Positions 30,356 through 44,791 are shown, numbered from the stretch's first letter. The stretch: 64,000 nucleotides of DNA from Octopus vulgaris (GCA_951406725.2 OX597817.1:160084001-160148000); one strand, 5' to 3'. Numbers and translations are program-made. The notes: a model not told the origin generated them from the sequence alone.

Positions 30356-31669
30356 TATTATTAAGTGAGAGAACAGTGTATGCCATCAAAATGACATAGT
30401 GGTAAAATATACGAAGCCCAGTATACCCATCATGACTACTTGTTTGATAAGGGTACACTAGGCATATGCATCACAACCATATGTGTTTGACATGGTGATC
30501 TCATATCAAGATTAACAACGCATGACTTAGCAGGTGGAGCCCAGTTAGAATTTTCTTCAGGTGAAGTAGCCCATCTTACACAAAAGGTCCCTGAATAAGG
30601 GTTGTTTAAGGATGTTGCACGAAACACCCGTTTCCGAGGTGAATTATTCAAACCCCAAGGAATTCCTCTCGACACATGACCATGATGCTCCCCCACTACT
30701 GTGATCAGAGATGCACATATCGTCAGCCACTAAGGGACATGGTCAACTGGTTAAGGTCTGGTGCCAAGCCGTATCGACCTTTGCCTTTCCCTTGGACAAG
30801 ATTGGTGGCATGGAGAGGGGTGCATGGGTGACTGCTGGTCTTCCACAAACAACTTTGCCCGGACTTGTACCCCGGAGGGTAACATTCTAGGTGCAGTCCC
30901 ATAGTTATTCATGACCGAAGGGGGTCTTCAAAAGGGAAGAAGACCAGGATGGTTTTCAGTCAAGAACGAACCGTATAAATAAAGTCTTCTGGATAAAACA
31001 AGGACTTATGAACAAAGCATAAAGGAAATACGATAAATCAAATTAATAAAGATATAGTTGAAGCAAACTCAGTTTTTTTTTTCTTTTTTCAATAGCATAT
31101 GTTTAAAAGAGAAGCTGTTCATATATGCATGCATATATGAATAGCAAGCTTCTTAACCGCACTGCCAAGCCTGTGCCAAGTTGTACATAAAATACATATT
31201 GTTTAATTAATGACAAACCACCAAGAGTACAAAATAAATGCTAGTTTAAATGCGCTGGAATCGATACAATCTACTATATACTAACCTTGAAAGCGGTGCA
31301 ACAGCATGGACGCAGTCCAATAGCTGAAGCCAGTGAAAGAATTTTTCTACGTTAGTCTCATTCATAAAATTAATCAATCGTGTGATCTGACAAAAAAAAA
31401 AAAATTAATGGCGAAATCAAAAGAAAAATATAATAAAAAGGAAAAAGTAAAAGAGAATATCGACAAGAACTGAACACAGGCGTGGTTGTGTTGTTAGAAG
31501 TTCGATTCTCAACCACATGGTTCCGGGTTCAGCGCAACTGCGTGGCACCTTGGGCAAGTATTTTTTTATTATAGTCCCGAGCCGACCAATGCCTTGTAAG
31601 TGAATTTGGTTGAGGAAAACTGTATAGTGGCCCATCATGTGTTTGTGTGTGTGCGCGCGCGTGTGCGTG

Positions 31670-31706
<37 letters not shown>

Positions 31707-31712
31707 ATGTAT

Positions 31713-32064
31713 AGGCGCAATGGCCCAGTGGTTAGGGCAGCGGACTCGCGGTCATAGGATCGCGGTTTCGATTCCCAGACCGGGCGTTGTGAGTGTTTAT
31801 TGAGCGAAAACACCTAAAGCTCCATGAGACTCCGGCAGGGGATGGTGGTGATCCCTGCTGTACTCTTTCGCCACAACTTTCTCTCACTCTTACTTCCTGT
31901 TTCTGTTGTATCTGTATTTCAAAGGGCCGGCCTTGTCACTCTCTGTTAACGGTACACGTGTCTGTGGAGTGCTCAGCCACTTACACATTAATTTCACGAG
32001 CAGGCTGTTCCGTTGATTCGGATCAACCGGAACCCTCATCGTCGTAACCGACGGAGTGCTTCCA
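31713..32064 (+). mobile_element. SINE family A, small internal deletion
   Basis: Family A match. Confidence 0.9.
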
Positions 32065-32851
32065 GTCTCAGTTTATGTATGTAAATGTTTATGTGTATAT
32101 ATGTATGTATGTAAATGTTTGTGTGTACATATGTACGTATGTAAATATTTGTGTGTGTATAATTGTGGCTGTTCCCTACCTCACAACTTGACAACCGATG
32201 TTAGTTTATTTACGCTCCGTAACCTAGCAGTTCGAGAAAAAAAAAAGACCGACAGAATATGTACCAGGTATTTTTTTAATACTAAGTACAGGAATCGTTT
32301 CGTTCGACTAAACCCTCTAAGGTGGTACCCCAGCATGACCGCAGTCCAATGACTGAAACAAGTAAAGGGGGGAAAAAATGAAATATTTAAGATACTGTTT
32401 TAGCGGGTGAAAATGTTAAAACGGATCGTTGAAGACTTAATGGCTGATAGACAGGAACACCGTCTTGCAGTTGGGAAGAATTGTTAATGTATCACTTAAA
32501 TGGAATATTCATTACTAGACATCCGCTATCACCTATATGTTCGTATTCACCCTCCCTTTCTTTACTCCATGTTTGACGTCAGTGGAAACCTTTTCACCAG
32601 ATCAGAATTGCATCCAAGCCAGAAAGATCTTCGCCACTTTAGAGACTTAACAGTGAAACCAGATACAGTGGTTAATTTTTTCTCCACACCATTTAATAAA
32701 AGCCCCATTAAGAACATACTCGCATATCAGCAAGAAGAGGTGTCAAAATTGCCCCCAAAACGGTAGTATTACACGCATTAAATCATTTATTACTTTCATA
32801 TTGACAATAGTGACTGCTTCATTGTATTTCCTCAGAGTAGATTGTATTGCT

Positions 32852-32989
<138 letters not shown>

Positions 32990-33121
32990 TTCTTAAAGGC
33001 GATTCCAAAGGAAAAAAAAAAATGGTTTGCATATTGTTCTCATTTAATGGCAAAAACAAAAGCATGGACATAAGCATGGCACACACAGATAAACGCACAT
33101 GTATGTATGTATACATATACA

Positions 33122-33250
<129 letters not shown>

Positions 33251-33261
33251 GTATATATATA

Positions 33262-33292
<31 letters not shown>

Positions 33293-33671
33293 TATATATT
33301 ATATATGCATGTATGTCTGTATATGTTAGCGTGAAGAACATGGTTCCAACAAGGGAATCAGAGAAGCTTAAACAGGATGAGGCTTTAGCTTCAAATAAAT
33401 GTACAAACTCTCCTTACTTGTGTTAGATGCCGTTTCCTTATTCCCCCCCCTCTGCTTTGTACATCGGAATGTATATATAAAGTGACTTGATCTGATATCG
33501 TGTGTTGCAAATGAAGAATTATATCGCGGACGAGCTCTTTAAAGCATTTAAGAACACGCAAAAATTGTTCCGTTCACATTATATTTATTCCTTCGTAATA
33601 ATGTCTAATATGATTTGCCAAACTGTTTCATCGTATTTCTGTGACTGACAGTCTTCCACAATATCACAGTG

Positions 33672-33930
33672 TCACATGACCGACCAGGCTATCAGAAGTT
33701 GCTACACATCGCTGGTCACAATGCGCTTCGCATTGTTTTAGCCTTCAAATGACGCCACCCCGCTGACTAAGCGAGCAGGCCAACAGAAGAAAGAGTGAGA
33801 GAAAGTTGCGGCGAAAGAGTACACCAGAGATCGCCACCATCCCCTGCCGGAGCCTCGTAGAGCTTAAGGTGTTTTCGCTCACTAAACACTCACAACGCCC
33901 GGTCTGAGAATCGAAACCGCGATCCTACGA
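33672..33930 (-). mobile_element. SINE with family A 5' half and a third tail type
   Basis: Family A sequence 33790-33930; unrelated tail 33672-33790. Confidence 0.7.
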
Positions 33931-34084
33931 TCGCCAATGCGCTAGATATAGATGTGAAATATCTACAAACCACTCTAAATACGTTCTCTTTTTTCATTTC
34001 TTTCTTCCTTTTTTCGGGGGGGGGGGGAGGGGGCAAGGCTGAATGCGAGGAAATGTACAAGAAGATTTATAAAATTTTGGACAA

Positions 34085-34144
34085 CTCTATATCTTAAGAT
34101 TTCGTGGTCTGTAATGAAAATTAATTCACACTCTTCAGTAGAAG
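34085..34144 (-). ncRNA. Type I hammerhead motif (left arm)
   Basis: cuucua CUGAAGA gug...cac GAAA ucuuaaga UA uagag. Confidence 0.7.
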
Positions 34145-34237
34145 TATACCGACAACATATAAGTGGAAAATAAGTATACATACTGATAAATACTTATGTA
34201 CAGATACCAATATATACATACATTTCCAACGTATACA

Positions 34238-34281
<44 letters not shown>

Positions 34282-34283
<2 letters not shown>

Positions 34284-34669
34284 TCTTTTACTCTTTTACT
34301 TGTTTCAGTCATCTGACTGCGGCCATGCTGGAGCACCGCCTTTAGTCGAGCAACTCGGGGACTTATTCTTTTGTAAGCCCAGTACTTATTCTATCGGGCT
34401 CTTTTGCCGAACCGCTAAGTAACGGAGACATAAACACACCAGCATCGGTTGTCAAGCAATGCTAGGGGGACAAACACAGACACACACACGCATATATATA
34501 TTTACATATATACGACGGGCTTCTTTCAGTTTCCGTCTACCAAATCCACTCACAAGGCTTTGGTCGGCCCAAGGCTATAGTAGCAGACACTTGCCCAATG
34601 TGCCACGCAGTGGGACTGAACCCGGGACCATGTGGTTGGTAAACAAGCTACTTACCACACAGCCACTCC
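34282..34669 (-). mobile_element. SINE family B
   Basis: Near-consensus copy. Confidence 0.9.
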
Positions 34670-34691
34670 ATATTTATATATTGTCGGTATA

Positions 34692-34751
34692 CTTCTACTG
34701 AAGAGTGTAAAGTAATTTTCATTACAAAACATGAAATCTTAAGATATAGAG
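34692..34751 (+). ncRNA. Type I hammerhead motif (right arm)
   Basis: cuucua CUGAAGA gugu...acau GAAA ucuuaaga UA uagag; palindromic stem III, AUA triplet. Confidence 0.7.
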
Positions 34752-34919
34752 TTGTCCGAAATTTTATGAATCTTCTTGTCCAGTTTATTGCATTCAGCCT
34801 TGTGCAAAAAAAAAAAAAAAACATATTTAGAGTGGTTTGTAAACATTTGACATTTACTTCTAGCGTATTGGCGTGGTCTCTCCAGCGCCCTTAATTATAA
34901 TTAAATATTTATAATTATA

Positions 34920-34954
<35 letters not shown>

Positions 34955-35918
34955 GGCGGGCTTCTTTCATTTTCCGTCTACCAAATCCACTCACAAGGTT
35001 TTGGTTGACCCGAGGGTATAGTGGAAGGCACTTGCCCTAGATGCCCCGTTGTGGGTCTGAACTCGGAACCATATGGTTGGGAAGCAAACTTCATATATGT
35101 GTGTGTATGTGTGGTAAATACATTCCTTACATCTGTTTTGTTTATCTTTCTTTCTATATATATATGTATATATTTATACACACACGCATGCGCGCTTGCC
35201 CACACACACACACATATACACACATACACCGAAAACAAAGCGAAGTGGAAATTTGCCGATAGTCAGATAGATAGATGGCGTATTCTCCTATTGGTGATGA
35301 CATCTGCAAAATGTGTTCCATACAGTGAGAGATAAATATCTTCCCGATAATACAAGGCACGTTATACAAGCCCGTCCGACTATTATATTATCAGAAGCAC
35401 GAAACTTATAGTAGTCCGCATTCAAATTCCTTGTGTGTGTGTTTGTGTGTGTGCGCGCGCGTGTGTGTGTGTTTGTGTGTGCGTACGTGTGTGTGTGTGT
35501 GTGTGCATGTAAAACAGAAGGATATTTAGAAACATCATCTTACGTTTATTTTATTATAAGTTATATAATCAAGTTGCATTGACATATCTGCAGAAATGCA
35601 AAACTCTCATCCGTAATTGCATTGAAGAAGTGACAATGTTGTCACTCCTGGTTCCACAAGAAGTGTGTGTGTGCGTGTGTGCGCGCGCGTGTAGTTGTAT
35701 TTACAAGCAAGAGAAAAAAAGTACTCAATACATAAGTAGAATGTAAAAATCGTGCAAATATCAACGCTGTTATTGCTGAGAGTTTAATTCATGTCGTTGA
35801 TCACGTCACTTGGTTTATGATTTATGAGACGGGGCATTCGCAACATGAAGTCTTTATGAATTGCGTAGAAAATGTGTCAACTGAAAAAGTAACTGAAAAT
35901 AATTTGAAATGGTAATAC

Positions 35919-36808
35919 AGTCACACACTTATATATCATCACACACATACATATGTGGGATTTTGGAAGCACTGGAAGCACTCCGTCGGTTACGACGATG
36001 AGGGTTCCAGTTGATCCGATCAACGGAACAGCCTGCTCCTGAAATTAACGTGTAAGTGGCTGAGCACTCCACAGACATGTGTACCCTTAACGTAGTAGTC
36101 ACACACTTATATATCATCACACACATACATATGTGGGATTTTGGAAGCACTGGAAGCACTCCGTCGGTTACGACGATGAGGGTTCCAGTTGATCCGATCA
36201 ACGGAACAGCCTGCTCGTGAAATTAACGTGTAAGTGGCTGAGCACTCCACAGACATGTGTACCCTTAACGTAGTAGTCACACACTTATATATCATCACAC
36301 ACATACATATGTGGGATTTTGGAAGCACTGGAAGCACTCCGTCGGTTACGACGATGAGGGTTCCAGTTGATCCGATCAACGGAACAGCCTGCTCGTGAAA
36401 TTAACGTGTAAGTGGCTGAGCACTCCACAGACATGTGTACCCTTAACGTAGTAGTCACACACTTATATATCATCACACACATACATATGTGGGATTTTGG
36501 AAGCACTGGAAGCACTCCGTCGGTTACGACGATGAGGGTTCCAGTTGATCCGATCAACGGAACAGCCTGCTCGTGAAATTAACGTGTAAGTGGCTGAGCA
36601 CTCCACAGACACGTGTACCCTTAACGTAGTAGTCACACACTTATATATCATCACACACATACATATGTGGGATTTTGGAAGCACTGGAAGCACTCCGTCG
36701 GTTACGACGATGAGGGTTCCAGTTGATCCGATCAACGGAACAGCCTGCTCGTGAAATTAACGTGCAAGTGGCTGAGCACTCCACAGACACGTGTACCCTT
36801 AACGTAGT
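35919..36808. repeat. 178-bp tandem array (5 units) built from a SINE A 3' end plus flank
   Basis: Unit starts at 35919, 36097, 36275, 36453 and 36631. Confidence 0.95.
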
Positions 36809-37069
36809 TCTCGGGGATATTCAGCGTGACACAGAGAGTGACAAGGCCGGCCCTTTGAAATACAAGTACAACAGAAACAGGAAGTAAGAGTGAGAGAAAG
36901 TTGTGGTGAAAGAGTACAGCAGGGATCACCACCATCCCCTGCCAGAGCCTCGTGGAGCTTTTAGGTGTTTTCGCTCAATAAACACTCACAACGCCCGGTC
37001 TGGGAATCGAAACCGCGATCCTATGACCGCGAGTCCGCTGCCCTAACCACTGGGCCATTGCGCCTCCAC
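36676..37069 (-). mobile_element. SINE family A, full-length parent of the array
   Basis: Family A match; imperfect TSD ACACACTTATATA..TCACACACATACATATGT on both sides. Confidence 0.9.
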
Positions 37070-37494
37070 TACACACTTATATATACTCACACACATACAT
37101 ATGTATAGGTGTCAAGAAGGAAAAAAATAAACGAAGATTGACACCACCTGCCAATATTAAGTGTGCACGCGTCCTCACGTGCATACATGCACTCGACGCA
37201 CACGACATTCGCACATACTAATATATATTTTTTATCATATACCTATCTATCAATCTTTCTGTCTGTCTGTCTGTTTATCTGTATATATGTATGAATGTAC
37301 GCATGCATGTTTGCCTTGATGTACATATATATTAATAAATAATAGATAGAGGTTGACACACTTCCCTTGCCGGGCGGGATACATATTAGCTCCAAAGTAA
37401 GGTCTTGTTTTGATTTCTATCTACAGGTAGTGGGCAGAAAGATAGATTCTCTTTCGTCATGTGTCAGTGACGAAAGAGTCGAGGAGGAAGAGTG

Positions 37495-37527
<33 letters not shown>

Positions 37528-37540
37528 CATACACACACAC

Positions 37541-37594
<54 letters not shown>

Positions 37595-37660
37595 ATTTAG
37601 GAATGGTGATAAATATGTGTATGTGTTTGCTTATAATTTTATTTTTGTTCCATTCTAAGC

Positions 37661-37706
37661 AAAACTGTCCGACGAACAGGAATGTGAAACTCTGAGTAAC
37701 AGTTTT
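37661..37706 (+). ncRNA. Minimal type I hammerhead motif, U4C core variant
   Basis: aaaacugu CCGACGA aca-ggaa-ugu GAAAC uc-u-ga GUA acaguuuu: perfect 8-bp stem I; lies in a ~205-bp insert between TA arrays. Confidence 0.7.
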
Positions 37707-37790
37707 TATGATTTTTTGCTGCATATTACTCTACCTCTGGTATTCGAGTACTATTTTTTGCACCTTGCTTCGCATTTATGTGTTTACTCT

Positions 37791-37859
<69 letters not shown>

Positions 37860-37917
37860 AAATAGATGCGTGGCGTTCAATCAAATAATAATATATCTAT
37901 AGATATATATATGCATA

Positions 37918-37948
<31 letters not shown>

Positions 37949-38052
37949 ATTAGTGAATTGAAGAAATGGAGTTGAACGAAGATTGAACAGAAATCGTTTT
38001 ATTGCATTCTACACGTGTTTCGAAAGGCACAATTTACCAAATTCTTTGAAAA

Positions 38053-38108
<56 letters not shown>

Positions 38109-38146
38109 TGTATATATATGTATATGTATATGTATATATATATACC

Positions 38147-38191
<45 letters not shown>

Positions 38192-38244
38192 TATATGTAT
38201 ATATATATATATGCATATATATATATATGTATATATATATATGC

Positions 38245-38291
<47 letters not shown>

Positions 38292-38301
38292 TGTATGTAT
38301 A

Positions 38302-38510
38302 GTTAATCCTAACATGAATAGAGAGAAAACACAGCAACGCGAGGACATGGAATAAGTATAGTGCTATTGGACGCTCAGGGAAGGAAAGAAAGAAGGAGGA
38401 TTAAACGTTTCGAGCAGAGCTCTTCGTCAGAAACATAGAAAAAGGAAAGGTCCAAGGAAGGGAAGACGGAGAAAGAAAATCGCCAACGATACACAGGCGG
38501 TCATATTGAA
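38302..38510 (-). mobile_element. Penelope-like pLTR module with hammerhead-like core at 38401-38436
   Basis: guuu CUGACGA a gagc-ucu-gcuc GAAAC GUU; homologous to ~40430-40608, 61430-61628 and 61637-61822. Confidence 0.65.
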
Positions 38511-38787
38511 TGACCAGAAGGGAATGGGTGAAGAAAAAGTTCTTTCAAAGAAAATGTTCTTTCAAATGAAAATTAAAAATAAATTCTTCATTCCCTTCGA
38601 AAATTGCTCTTAAATGTGGTTTTGGTCGTTTTGACTGCTTCTTCTAGCGTGTAAAAATTATCTGTTAAAGGTAGTTTTCTCTTGTGTTTAAATGCACACT
38701 ATTTTATATTGAAAATATGTTGTCTATTGACTATTTATAGCTAGGCCACTGGTGGTGATATTTTTAAGAATCCGCTACCCTATATCT

Positions 38788-39191
38788 CTTTTATTCTTTT
38801 ACTCTTTTACTTGTTTCAGTCATTTGACTGCGGCCATGCTGGGGCACCGCCTTTAGTCGAGCAAATCGACCCCGGGACTTATTCTTTGTAAGCCCAGTAC
38901 TTATTCTATCGGTCTCTTTTGCCGAACCGCTAAGTTACGAGGACGTAAACACACCAGCATCGGTTGTCAAGCAATACTAGGGGGACAAACACAGACACAC
39001 ACACATACACACATATATATACATATATACGACGGGCTTCTTTCAGTTTCCGTCTACCAAATCCACTCAGAAGGCATTGGTCGGCCCGGGGCTATAGCAG
39101 AAGACACTTGCCCAAGGTACCACGCAGTGAGACTGAACCCGGAACCATGTGGTTGGTTAGCAAGCTACTTACCACACAGCCACTCCTGCGC
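38788..39191 (-). mobile_element. SINE family B
   Basis: Near-consensus copy. Confidence 0.9.
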
Positions 39192-39202
39192 TATATATGT
39201 AT

Positions 39203-39252
<50 letters not shown>

Positions 39253-40482
39253 AATAAAATATATGCATATATATAAACATATATGTATGTACCTACCTCT
39301 ACATGTACATATACACGCATATATGTGTACAGGACACCAAAAAGACGTCGAACACATAGAGAGACGAAAAACATAGACACAAACCAAGGAACAAGACAGG
39401 CAAAAAAAAGGAGATACAGGACAATAAGCACAACGAAAAATCCCCTTCTTCAGTCGCTAAAGTTTCATCTACTAAACGTTTCGAAGGATAAAAGCGAGAC
39501 GTATACTTCGAATGAAAAATTCCTTCCTGCGAAAAGCAAATCAATTAAAATTCTGAGATCTTATCGCAGAGGGGTAAAAAAAGCAAGACGGTAACGACAG
39601 TACAAACATATAAACAGTAAAAAATATATATATAAACAGTGGAAAAATAAATATATAACAGTGAGAGACAGGACAAGGAGAACAAGATAAGAAGGGCTGT
39701 TAACGCCAGACGAAAAAAGTATTGCAAACGCTGGATTATAGTGGACGATATATATGCACACACGCGCTTGCGCCGGTTCGCGCACGCATGCGCGCCGCAT
39801 GCACCTCGCCCTTGGACCCGACGAGACCTCCCGCCCGTTCCTGGGATGTCGCTTGTCGTTGGGTTTTCCCACGCCCGTCTCCGCGGGACCACTCTTCCAT
39901 CTTCCCCTCCGCTGGAGTCCTTTTCCTTAACCCCCCCTTTTTTTCGTTACACACACGCGCACACATATACACACATTGCTTAAACATATACATTACTCTT
40001 ACACACATTCAATCTACTCGCCATTAATACTACCACGACACTGGACACACACACACACTACTGCTCAACACACGCTGGCACGCTACATACGCCCCCACCC
40101 CTTCCCCTCCCTCCCTTCCTCCTTCCTCCCTTTTCTTACTACTGACCTTTGTCTGCTATGCTGCTGCTATGCTGACCACCGTCTCGCCCTACCTCACACG
40201 CCTACACACAGACGCACACACTAACACATACATATATTTTTTGTTTTTTTATCTCGCCTCACACACACACATACACACACGCACACGCACACACTCACAC
40301 ATACACACACATCTGTTGCGTTACCAACCTTGTCTCCACTCTTTTGCCTTTAAAAACCCACTTTGCTCTTGTTATCGTAAACATCCGCCTTTCACCATGT
40401 GTAACTCCTAACACCAGTCGTTTTTTTCTCTATCTCCGTTGCCCGCTCCGGGATCTTTCTTTCCTCTCTCTTCCTTCTTTAT

Positions 40483-40517
40483 GTTTCCGACGAAGAGCTC
40501 CGCTCGAAACGTCATAC
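40483..40517 (+). ncRNA. Minimal hammerhead-like motif (loopless stem III, U4C core)
   Basis: guuu CCGACGA a gagc-ucc-gcuc GAAAC GUC auac. Confidence 0.55.
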
Positions 40518-40603
40518 CTCCCTGCTTCCATTTCCTGAGCGCCTATTAATAATAATACTGTAATTGTTCCATTGTTGTTGTTTTTTTGTTTCCCGTTTGG
40601 ATT

Positions 40604-40745
<142 letters not shown>

Positions 40746-40844
40746 ATAAAATAAGATAACAAATATATATATATAAGAGACCTAATATTATGTATATAGA
40801 GGATATATATCTATATATATGTATATGTATATGTATATATATAT

Positions 40845-40937
40845 ACTTTGATACTTTGATACTTTGATACTTTGATAGGTTTCTGGCTTTCAAATTAACC
40901 GAAGAGATGTGTTGTAACTTAATAGCACCACCTGGTG
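40845..40937 (-). mobile_element. Short diverged 3' end of the CR1-like LINE with four ATCAAAGT tail units
   Basis: Shares CACCAGGTGGTGCTATTAAGTTA and the tail with 41641-41926. Confidence 0.7.
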
Positions 40938-40974
40938 TATATAACTATGTATATATATATCTTATATATATATG

Positions 40975-41150
<176 letters not shown>

Positions 41151-41291
41151 GAAACGTTAAAGACTTGTTTCATTTATATTTCCTGAGCGACATACTAATA
41201 CAATTGTTTGTTTGTATTCCACCTGCCTTCGTCTTTTGTTTATTTCTGTAAACCTGCCTTCGTCTTTTGTCTATTTCCATAAAGCTTCCCG

Positions 41292-41334
<43 letters not shown>

Positions 41335-41600
41335 AATGTAATCACCTGTATATGATAACGGTATGGACGATTTGTTTTGGAGTCTCGCAATGCCATATAC
41401 GCCTATGAGGATCTACTTTCCCAATGAAACTCGGTTTTTTCCCATACTTTTTCTCAAACCTGCCATAATGTGACACATGTCTTGGGTGTGGTAATTGTAC
41501 GCGGCTGAAGAAGGCTTTTGATCTACCTGTTATATCAATTTTGCATTGATATGAGTTGTTCAATAAAGCCCGAAACATCCTTTGCGTCCTGTTTTTCTTT

Positions 41601-41640
<40 letters not shown>

Positions 41641-41642
<2 letters not shown>

Positions 41643-41924
41643 CAACAATACGGCACAATTATTTCACCTCAATTGGCCCCGCTCTCTTTAACATCACACC
41701 AAAACACATTAAAACAGAAACTGACCCTATAGGGTTCAAGAAGTCTTTGGACAGATTCCTTCAAGAAATCCCGGATAAACCCCCTACACCCGGATATGTC
41801 TCTGTAAACAATAACTCTCTACTTGAGTGGGCCATAGTGCCCAAATTCTGACTTGAAAGACTTCACCAGGTGGTGCTATTAAGTTAGACATGGCCTGGGC
41901 CAATAATGACCGAAACCTATCAAA

Positions 41925-41926
<2 letters not shown>
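41641..41926 (+). mobile_element. CR1-like LINE 3' end in (TA)n
   Basis: [52 protein letters not shown]...* fits the CR1/L2-type ORF2 C-terminus pattern (N.lP...FK..LD.fL); 3' stem-loop and ATCAAAGT tail. Confidence 0.75.
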
Positions 41927-41990
<64 letters not shown>

Positions 41991-42930
41991 ACACACACAA
42001 GGATCAGAGTTTAAATTTATAAATCAGTTCTCTATGAATTTCCGGTCATGTGTACCGATATAAGACGTGTTAATTATTATCCTCATCGCTAGTATGATTA
42101 TTATTGTAATTATTTTTATTACTCTTAGTATCATGTCACCAAAGGCTGGATCTTCGGATTCGCCTTTGCCACAATTCCTGCATTAAATGATCTGTTTATT
42201 TCCCACCCAAATTCAGACCATTCTTAAACAACGTGTAGCTCCACAGTCGACGAGTATTAGCAAAGACCTATTCATTTTTGAAATCCATTTTAATTTTCAG
42301 TATAGTTATTCAAAAATGCGATTGCTTAGGAACATGAATGTCAGAACACAAATACCTTTTGAAGTATATGATATGAAGACATTGGAAACATGAAAGGTGT
42401 CAGCTGCTTCAGTCGATTGTTCAACATTCAACAATTACTTTACAAAGAAAATTACTTTGTAATACGAGTAAACGATAGAACACTTTAATTAATTTCAGAT
42501 ATATCACGACCGAGTCATGAATTCAAAGAATTCCAGCAGTCCTCTAATGTTTCATTGTCTTACGCGACCAATCTTGTTCTTGGAAATAATCTATAACTGC
42601 GAAGGTTATTTCAATAGTAATCTTCAAATAATAAAATATATTTACTTTAATAAACTGCGTAATTATGATTTCTAAATTTGATTCAAGAACCTACATTTCT
42701 TGCCGAAAGTTGGTAAGAAAATTGTAGCTATTCTAGTATTTCGTTGTTGCTTGGATCAAGCAAGATTTGACGCGAGTTGGACAAGTTTGTTTCGTATTAC
42801 TTCACGGCATTGAAGCAGAAACACACACACACACACGCGGCGCGCGCGCGCGCTCGCACGCACATATCAAACGTGCTGTGACAAAATACTAAGAATAGGC
42901 ACTTAACATTAATGAAATTATTCCATAAAA

Positions 42931-43725
42931 GAAGGCAGCGAGCTGGCAGAATCGTTAGCACGCCGAGCGAAATGCTTTGCGGTATTTCGTCTGCCGCTAC
43001 GTCCTGAGTTCAAATTCCGCCGAGGTCGACTTTGCCTTTCATCCTTTCGGGAACGATAAATTAAGTAGCAGTTGCGTACTGGGGTCAATCTAATCGACTG
43101 GCCCGAAGGCGGCGAGCTGGCAGAAACGTTAGCACGCCGGGCGAAATACTTAGCAGTATTTCGTCTGCCGTTACATTCTGAGTTCAAATTCCGCCGAGGT
43201 CGACTTTGCCTTTCATCCTTTCGGGGTCGATGAATTAAGTACCAGTTACACACTGGAGTCGATATAATCGACTTAATCCGTTTGTCTGTCCTTGTTTGTC
43301 CTCTCTGTGTGTAGCCCCTTGTGGGCAGTAAAGAAATAGGTATTTCCTCTGCCGTTACATTCTGAGTTCCAATTCCGCCGAGGTCGACTTTGCCTTTCAT
43401 CTTTTCGGGGTCGATGAATTAAGTACCAGTTACACACTGGGGTCGATATAATCGACTTAATCCGTTTGTCTGTCCTTGTTTGTCCCCTCTGTGTTTAGCC
43501 CCTTGTGAGCAATAAAGAAATAAGAAACGTTAGCTCGCCAGGTGAAATGCTTAGCAGTATTTCTTTTGGCTATACGTTCTGAGTTTCAATTCCGCCGAGG
43601 TCGACTTTGCCTTTCATCCTTTCGGGAACGATAAATTAAGTACCAGTTGCGTCCTGGGATCAATCTAATCGACTGGCCCCCTCCCCAAAAATTTAGGGCC
43701 TTGTGCCTAGAGTAGAAAAGAAATT
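42931..43725 (+). mobile_element. Compound SINE family C array (C, C2 with two 184-bp modules, C1)
   Basis: Heads at 42931 and 43106; modules at 43156 and 43340; a headless C1 begins at ~43524. Confidence 0.88.
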
Positions 43726-44274
43726 ATTCGACAAAAGACAAAATAAATAAAGAAAGAAAATGAAAGAACACATAGATTTCAAATTTCGGCCCAGGGCCAA
43801 CAATTTCGGCGAACGGGTTAGAGGATTATATCGACTCCAGCGCTCAACTGGTACTTACTTTATCGACCACGGAAGCAAAATAGGCAACGTCAACTTCGGC
43901 GGACTAACACGCAGAAAATATGAAAAAAGATTTTGATGGCAAAAACTACGTACTCACACACAACGCAGACACATGCGCACACACATATATCTGCACGTGT
44001 AGGCAACAAAATCGGAACAAAAAACGTATTTCGTCAGTTGTGCTTTAAAGCAAGTTCTATCGCTTTGTTCTAGTTTCCTAAAACTTGGATTAACTCATTG
44101 TTGAATATACCTTCCTTGCTTACTGCTTTTAGAGTTTATATATTCCCGAAGGAAGTTCTGGTCTTCATGTTGCAAGGATAATCTCAGTTAATTGAAGTTT
44201 TCCCACCTCACTAAATTTCAGATTTGTAATTCTATCTTGAATGTGTTTGTGTGTCTTTATGTATGTGTGTGTGC

Positions 44275-44335
<61 letters not shown>

Positions 44336-44372
44336 CACAGACATCATGTAATAGATATTTCCTCTAGCCATA

Positions 44373-44445
<73 letters not shown>

Positions 44446-44475
44446 AAATATATATACACATATGTGTGTATGCAC

Positions 44476-44506
<31 letters not shown>

Positions 44507-44520
44507 TGTATGTATGTATG

Positions 44521-44559
<39 letters not shown>

Positions 44560-44672
44560 ATTCATAATCATAATTACTTATGAAATAAAATACGTTTCTA
44601 AAAATTGGTTCCTTCCCTTGAGGTAGACGATGTAACACATACACGCATATGCCTCCCACTAATCGCTCATCA

Positions 44673-44713
<41 letters not shown>

Positions 44714-44759
44714 CATATAGGTGTGTGTGTGTTTATATATATATCTACATGTATATATG

Positions 44760-44791
<32 letters not shown>

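Larger units (their letters stand above)
33932..34920. mobile_element. Diverged fold-back module (arms 33932-34167 / 34667-34873) plus tail, with a hammerhead in each arm and a SINE B in the spacer
   Basis: Arms are recognisable reverse complements; the tail runs into (TA)n. Confidence 0.75.

Noticed and set aside
35919-36808. CRISPR-like regular array
   Set aside because: Units are near-identical throughout with no unique spacers; SINE-derived; eukaryotic context
44591-44673. Minus-strand CUGAUGA...GAAACGUA in a TA-flanked insert
   Set aside because: Stems I and II do not pair convincingly; at best a decayed hammerhead, so not called
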